From: an uncultured Pseudomonadales bacterium
GTDB lineage: Bacteria; Patescibacteriota; Microgenomatia; UBA1400; UBA1449
Reading direction: 5' to 3'
Length of the DNA: 27,738 nucleotides
Assembly (NCBI GenBank): GCA_964464155.1
Contig: CAYXFC010000001.1
Span: 1 to 27,738, forward strand
The notes under the pieces were generated by a model that ran no database searches, had not been told where the DNA came from, and was given only the letters and a program-made list of their open reading frames with translations. The position numbers were made by a program, and so were the translations under genes. Positions within the stretch are counted from its first letter, which is position 1. Each line of letters starts with the position of its first letter. This document shows, one piece after another, positions 25,236 through 27,738 of the stretch.

Positions 25236-26477
25236 GTGTACAATAAGGTAAATATTATGATTAGCTTTATCAAACTAAAACCTGCCAAACCAGCTAATAT
25301 TATCTACTCCCAAAACCAAATTGTATGGGGAGCATTGAGCCTTATTTTATTTTTTGGGACAATTATTTATCTTAATTTAAGGGGTTTTGTCAAAGACAAT
25401 AAATCCAGTCTAATCCATTCAAAGACTCAAGCTACTTCAATTCCTACACTTAATAACACCGAAACCGAATTAATTAACTTAAGTATACCAAAGGGCGTAT
25501 TTTTATATCCCCAACTAAATACTCTATCAGCTTATGAACTTAAAAATGGCCAAAATATTGTCGTAGCTACTTTTTCAGGACAAATACAAGATTTGGGGAA
25601 ATTAAAAAATGATCAACTTTATATTATTACAGGTAAAAACAATGATAGTTATGATGAAATTTGGTTGCAAAATAATCAACAATTTGAACATATAAAAACT
25701 CCATCAATTTCAACAAATATACTTAAGCCAGTTTTATCATCAGAAGGAAGATATATATATTTTATTACTAACGCCGGATCTGGTAAAAAATCTCTCATGA
25801 GGTTGGATCTTAAGACTGGTTTACAACAAGAAATTATCGAGATTGGGTTACCCTTAACCAATTTTTTTGTAAACAGTGACAATACCCTAATTGGCTTAAT
25901 AGTCGAATTATCCAATGACAACAAGGTAAAAAATTATGTATTGGGCATAGTCCAAACTGGGGCAAAAAATCTCAATTTATTTCCAAATGTTGTAATGAAG
26001 AAAGAGAGCAATATTTTATTTAATGATGATCAAAGCAAAATAATGTTAGAATCAGCAACTGGGATTGCTTTATTTGACATTAGAACATCAAAACTAACAC
26101 CATTAGGTGTGGATGGCAGTTTAGTGTCTTGGTATAACCAAAACCGATTGATTGTTGCCAGAAATCCCTACAGTATTACTTCTTGTCGAAAAGGTTTAAC
26201 TTATATTACAGGATATACTCAACTGGAGATATATCAAAACTTAGGATATGCTCTTGAAAAATTAACTGATGATAACTTAATTCAAAGTATAAATAAACTT
26301 AATTTCCCACACACAAAACCTTTTATATGGCAAAATAACTATCTAGGAACCGCCATTAATATTGTTGACAATTTAACATGTAATGAAGAAGTAGCCTATT
26401 ATAATGTGAGTAATAACACGGCTGAAGTAATTAAAAATATTAAAATAAAAGACTTACCTTTTGTTTACGTTCCTTAA
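25236..26477 (+). CDS. Hypothetical membrane-anchored protein, possible beta-propeller ectodomain
   Basis: GTG at 25236 or ATG at 25257; one TM (IVWGALSLILFFGTIIYL); beta-rich repeats such as KPVLSSEGRYIYFI that resemble TolB/PD40 blades. Confidence 0.6.
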   Translation: MYNKVNIMISFIKLKPAKPANIIYSQNQIVWGALSLILFFGTIIYLNLRGFVKDNKSSLIHSKTQATSIPTLNNTETELINLSIPKGVFLYPQLNTLSAYELKNGQNIVVATFSGQIQDLGKLKNDQLYIITGKNNDSYDEIWLQNNQQFEHIKTPSISTNILKPVLSSEGRYIYFITNAGSGKKSLMRLDLKTGLQQEIIEIGLPLTNFFVNSDNTLIGLIVELSNDNKVKNYVLGIVQTGAKNLNLFPNVVMKKESNILFNDDQSKIMLESATGIALFDIRTSKLTPLGVDGSLVSWYNQNRLIVARNPYSITSCRKGLTYITGYTQLEIYQNLGYALEKLTDDNLIQSINKLNFPHTKPFIWQNNYLGTAINIVDNLTCNEEVAYYNVSNNTAEVIKNIKIKDLPFVYVP

Positions 26478-26482
26478 TATTT

Positions 26483-26932
26483 ATGAAATTTATTCTGACA
26501 TTTTTTAAGGTAATTATAGTATTCTTTTTTGGAAGTATTATTTTGGGGCGGCTTTTTTTTCCTAAGTTAATGCAAGACTATGTTATCTCTCCGATAGAAA
26601 AAGTGCCCGTTTTGGGACAAGTATTAGGTGTTACTTGGGATAAAAGCGATGAAATTATGCCAATATTGACTCAAAAAACTGTACATTTGGCTGACCAGGT
26701 TGAATCATCTGATTTAGGAATTAATGAAGCTATTGAAAATGCAGCTTCTGATCAAAATCTAAGCCAGTCTATAAAAAGCACCATAAATAAAGTTATTCAA
26801 GAAAGAGTTGCTCAATTAAAAGATTTACCTGCGCAAACAACACAAAAAGCTCAAGAGGAAATAAGGAGAGAAGTTTATAAACAAATATGTTCAGGCTGGA
26901 ATGAATCTACCCAATCAGGTAGTCAAAATTAA
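26483..26932 (+). CDS. Hypothetical protein with N-terminal TM helix and helical/coiled-coil C-terminus
   Basis: 149-aa ORF packed between its neighbours (5-nt and 10-nt gaps); hydrophobic N-terminus. Confidence 0.7.
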   Translation: MKFILTFFKVIIVFFFGSIILGRLFFPKLMQDYVISPIEKVPVLGQVLGVTWDKSDEIMPILTQKTVHLADQVESSDLGINEAIENAASDQNLSQSIKSTINKVIQERVAQLKDLPAQTTQKAQEEIRREVYKQICSGWNESTQSGSQN

Positions 26933-26942
26933 CCCTTTTTAT

Positions 26943-27738
26943 ATGTCCCAAATTAGAGATCAATTCATCGAGCTTGAGCAGCGTTTAATCCCCATTATTA
27001 ATAAACTAGAACTTGGTCGTAAACAAGAAAGTATTAATAGATTAGAGAGAGAATCTTCTCATAATAATTTTTGGGATAATCCAACTAAAGCTCAAGAGAA
27101 AATGCAGGAATTAACAGCTCTAAAAGAAGATATTGCCAAAGTAGCTCAGTCACAAAAAATTATTACAGATAATATTGAAACCTTAAATCTAATGGAAAAT
27201 GAACTAACTACTCAAGATGAGCTGGTTTTAACAAAGGATTATATAGAAGCAAAATTATTAGTGGACGAACTAGAAAAACAAGTATTTTTATCAGGTAAAT
27301 ATGATAAAAATGGAGCTATTTTCTCAATTCACGCTGGACAAGGGGGAACTGAAGCTTGTGATTGGGCGGCAATGTTGCAAAGGATGTATGAGCGTTATTT
27401 TGAAAGGAAGAAATGGAAATATTCTGTAGCTGATATCAGAAAAGGTGATGAAGCTGGTATAAAATCAATCACTTTTTTAATAAATGGAAGATATGTATAT
27501 GGTTATTTAAAAGGTGAAAGGGGAACACATCGGCTAGTACGGCTGTCTCCTTTTAATGCTGATAATTTGAGACAAACTTCATTTGCTGGGGTCGAAGTAT
27601 CACCACTTTTAGATGATGATCTAGTAACTAAAATTAGACCAGAAGATATTGATTTTGAAGCGTTTCGTTCCGGAGGACATGGAGGTCAAAATGTTAACAA
27701 AGTTTCTACTGCAGTGCGCTTAAAACATATTCCAACAG
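26943..27738 (+). CDS. prfB: Peptide chain release factor 2, 3'-truncated by the window end (not in the ORF track)
   Basis: Continuous frame from ATG 26943: MSQIRDQ...FWDNP..AQ...HAGQGGTEACDWAAML.RMY...GERGTHRLVRLSPF (RF2 SPF motif)...RQTSFA...RSGGHGGQNVNKVSTAVR (GGQ). Confidence 0.96.
   Translation, partial: MSQIRDQFIELEQRLIPIINKLELGRKQESINRLERESSHNNFWDNPTKAQEKMQELTALKEDIAKVAQSQKIITDNIETLNLMENELTTQDELVLTKDYIEAKLLVDELEKQVFLSGKYDKNGAIFSIHAGQGGTEACDWAAMLQRMYERYFERKKWKYSVADIRKGDEAGIKSITFLINGRYVYGYLKGERGTHRLVRLSPFNADNLRQTSFAGVEVSPLLDDDLVTKIRPEDIDFEAFRSGGHGGQNVNKVSTAVRLKHIPT

Noticed and set aside
427-25924. Short ORFs in the supplied track lying antisense or out of frame within long genes (e.g. 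427-663, 1512-1790, 2019-2219, 2209-2439, 2345-2533, 2760-2996, 3162-3368, 3532-3717, 5418-5729, 6600-6788, 7397-7630, 8095-8283, 9995-10252, 10015-10245, 12316-12507, 14149-14364, 15841-16032, 18112-18333, 18520-18816, 20314-20496, 24730-24918, 25676-25924)
   Set aside because: They are shadows of well-supported conserved genes, with no motifs or initiation signals of their own.
26970-26978. GAG CTT GAG near the prfB start, resembling the frameshift site
   Set aside because: It is CTT-GAG in frame, not CTT-TGA, and sits at codons 11-12, too early; there is no stop to bypass.
1-27738. Recoded genetic code (TGA=Gly, as in Gracilibacteria/Absconditabacteria)
   Set aside because: TGA ends genes at sensible positions (HD gene at 3439, ATGA overlaps at 18123 and 22480), and RF2 with SPF is encoded.

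Overview
A visibly AT-rich, densely packed chromosomal housekeeping and cell-envelope region. It is probably from a Patescibacteria/CPR bacterium (Microgenomates-like); this is an inference from gene content, very short intergenic gaps and scarce Shine-Dalgarno sites. The standard genetic code is used: TGA stops are present and RF2 is encoded. About 28 CDS are supported: AI-2E transporter, Lon, HD phosphohydrolase, Dtd, archaeal-type TPI, GH18, LytR_C protein, SemiSWEET, RNase HII, Dus, CBS, SGNH, RdgB, GT2, ComM/YifB, DUF2723, UppP, CmpX-like, SPFH, cytidylate-kinase-like, MurF-like, SppA, DUF4012, two unknown membrane-anchored proteins, a 56-aa small ORF and a 3'-truncated prfB (the last two are missing from the ORF track). 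The RNase P RNA gene (rnpB) is also present. I found no mobile element, CRISPR array, tRNA/rRNA or defence system. The best leads are: (1) a CIRCE/HrcA operator overlapping a near-consensus sigma70 promoter of lon; (2) a putative polyprenol-phosphate-dependent protein glycosylation module, UppP + TMEM260-like DUF2723 + DPM-synthase-like GT2; (3) repeated -10 boxes 6-9 nt before start codons, suggesting leaderless mRNAs; (4) an RNase P RNA lacking P18 with a GGU-to-GAU change in L15; (5) a SAMHD1-like HD enzyme with its nucleotide-recognition residues replaced; (6) a Mur ligase lacking its N-terminal domain. All product calls come from motif recognition by eye; no database search was run.
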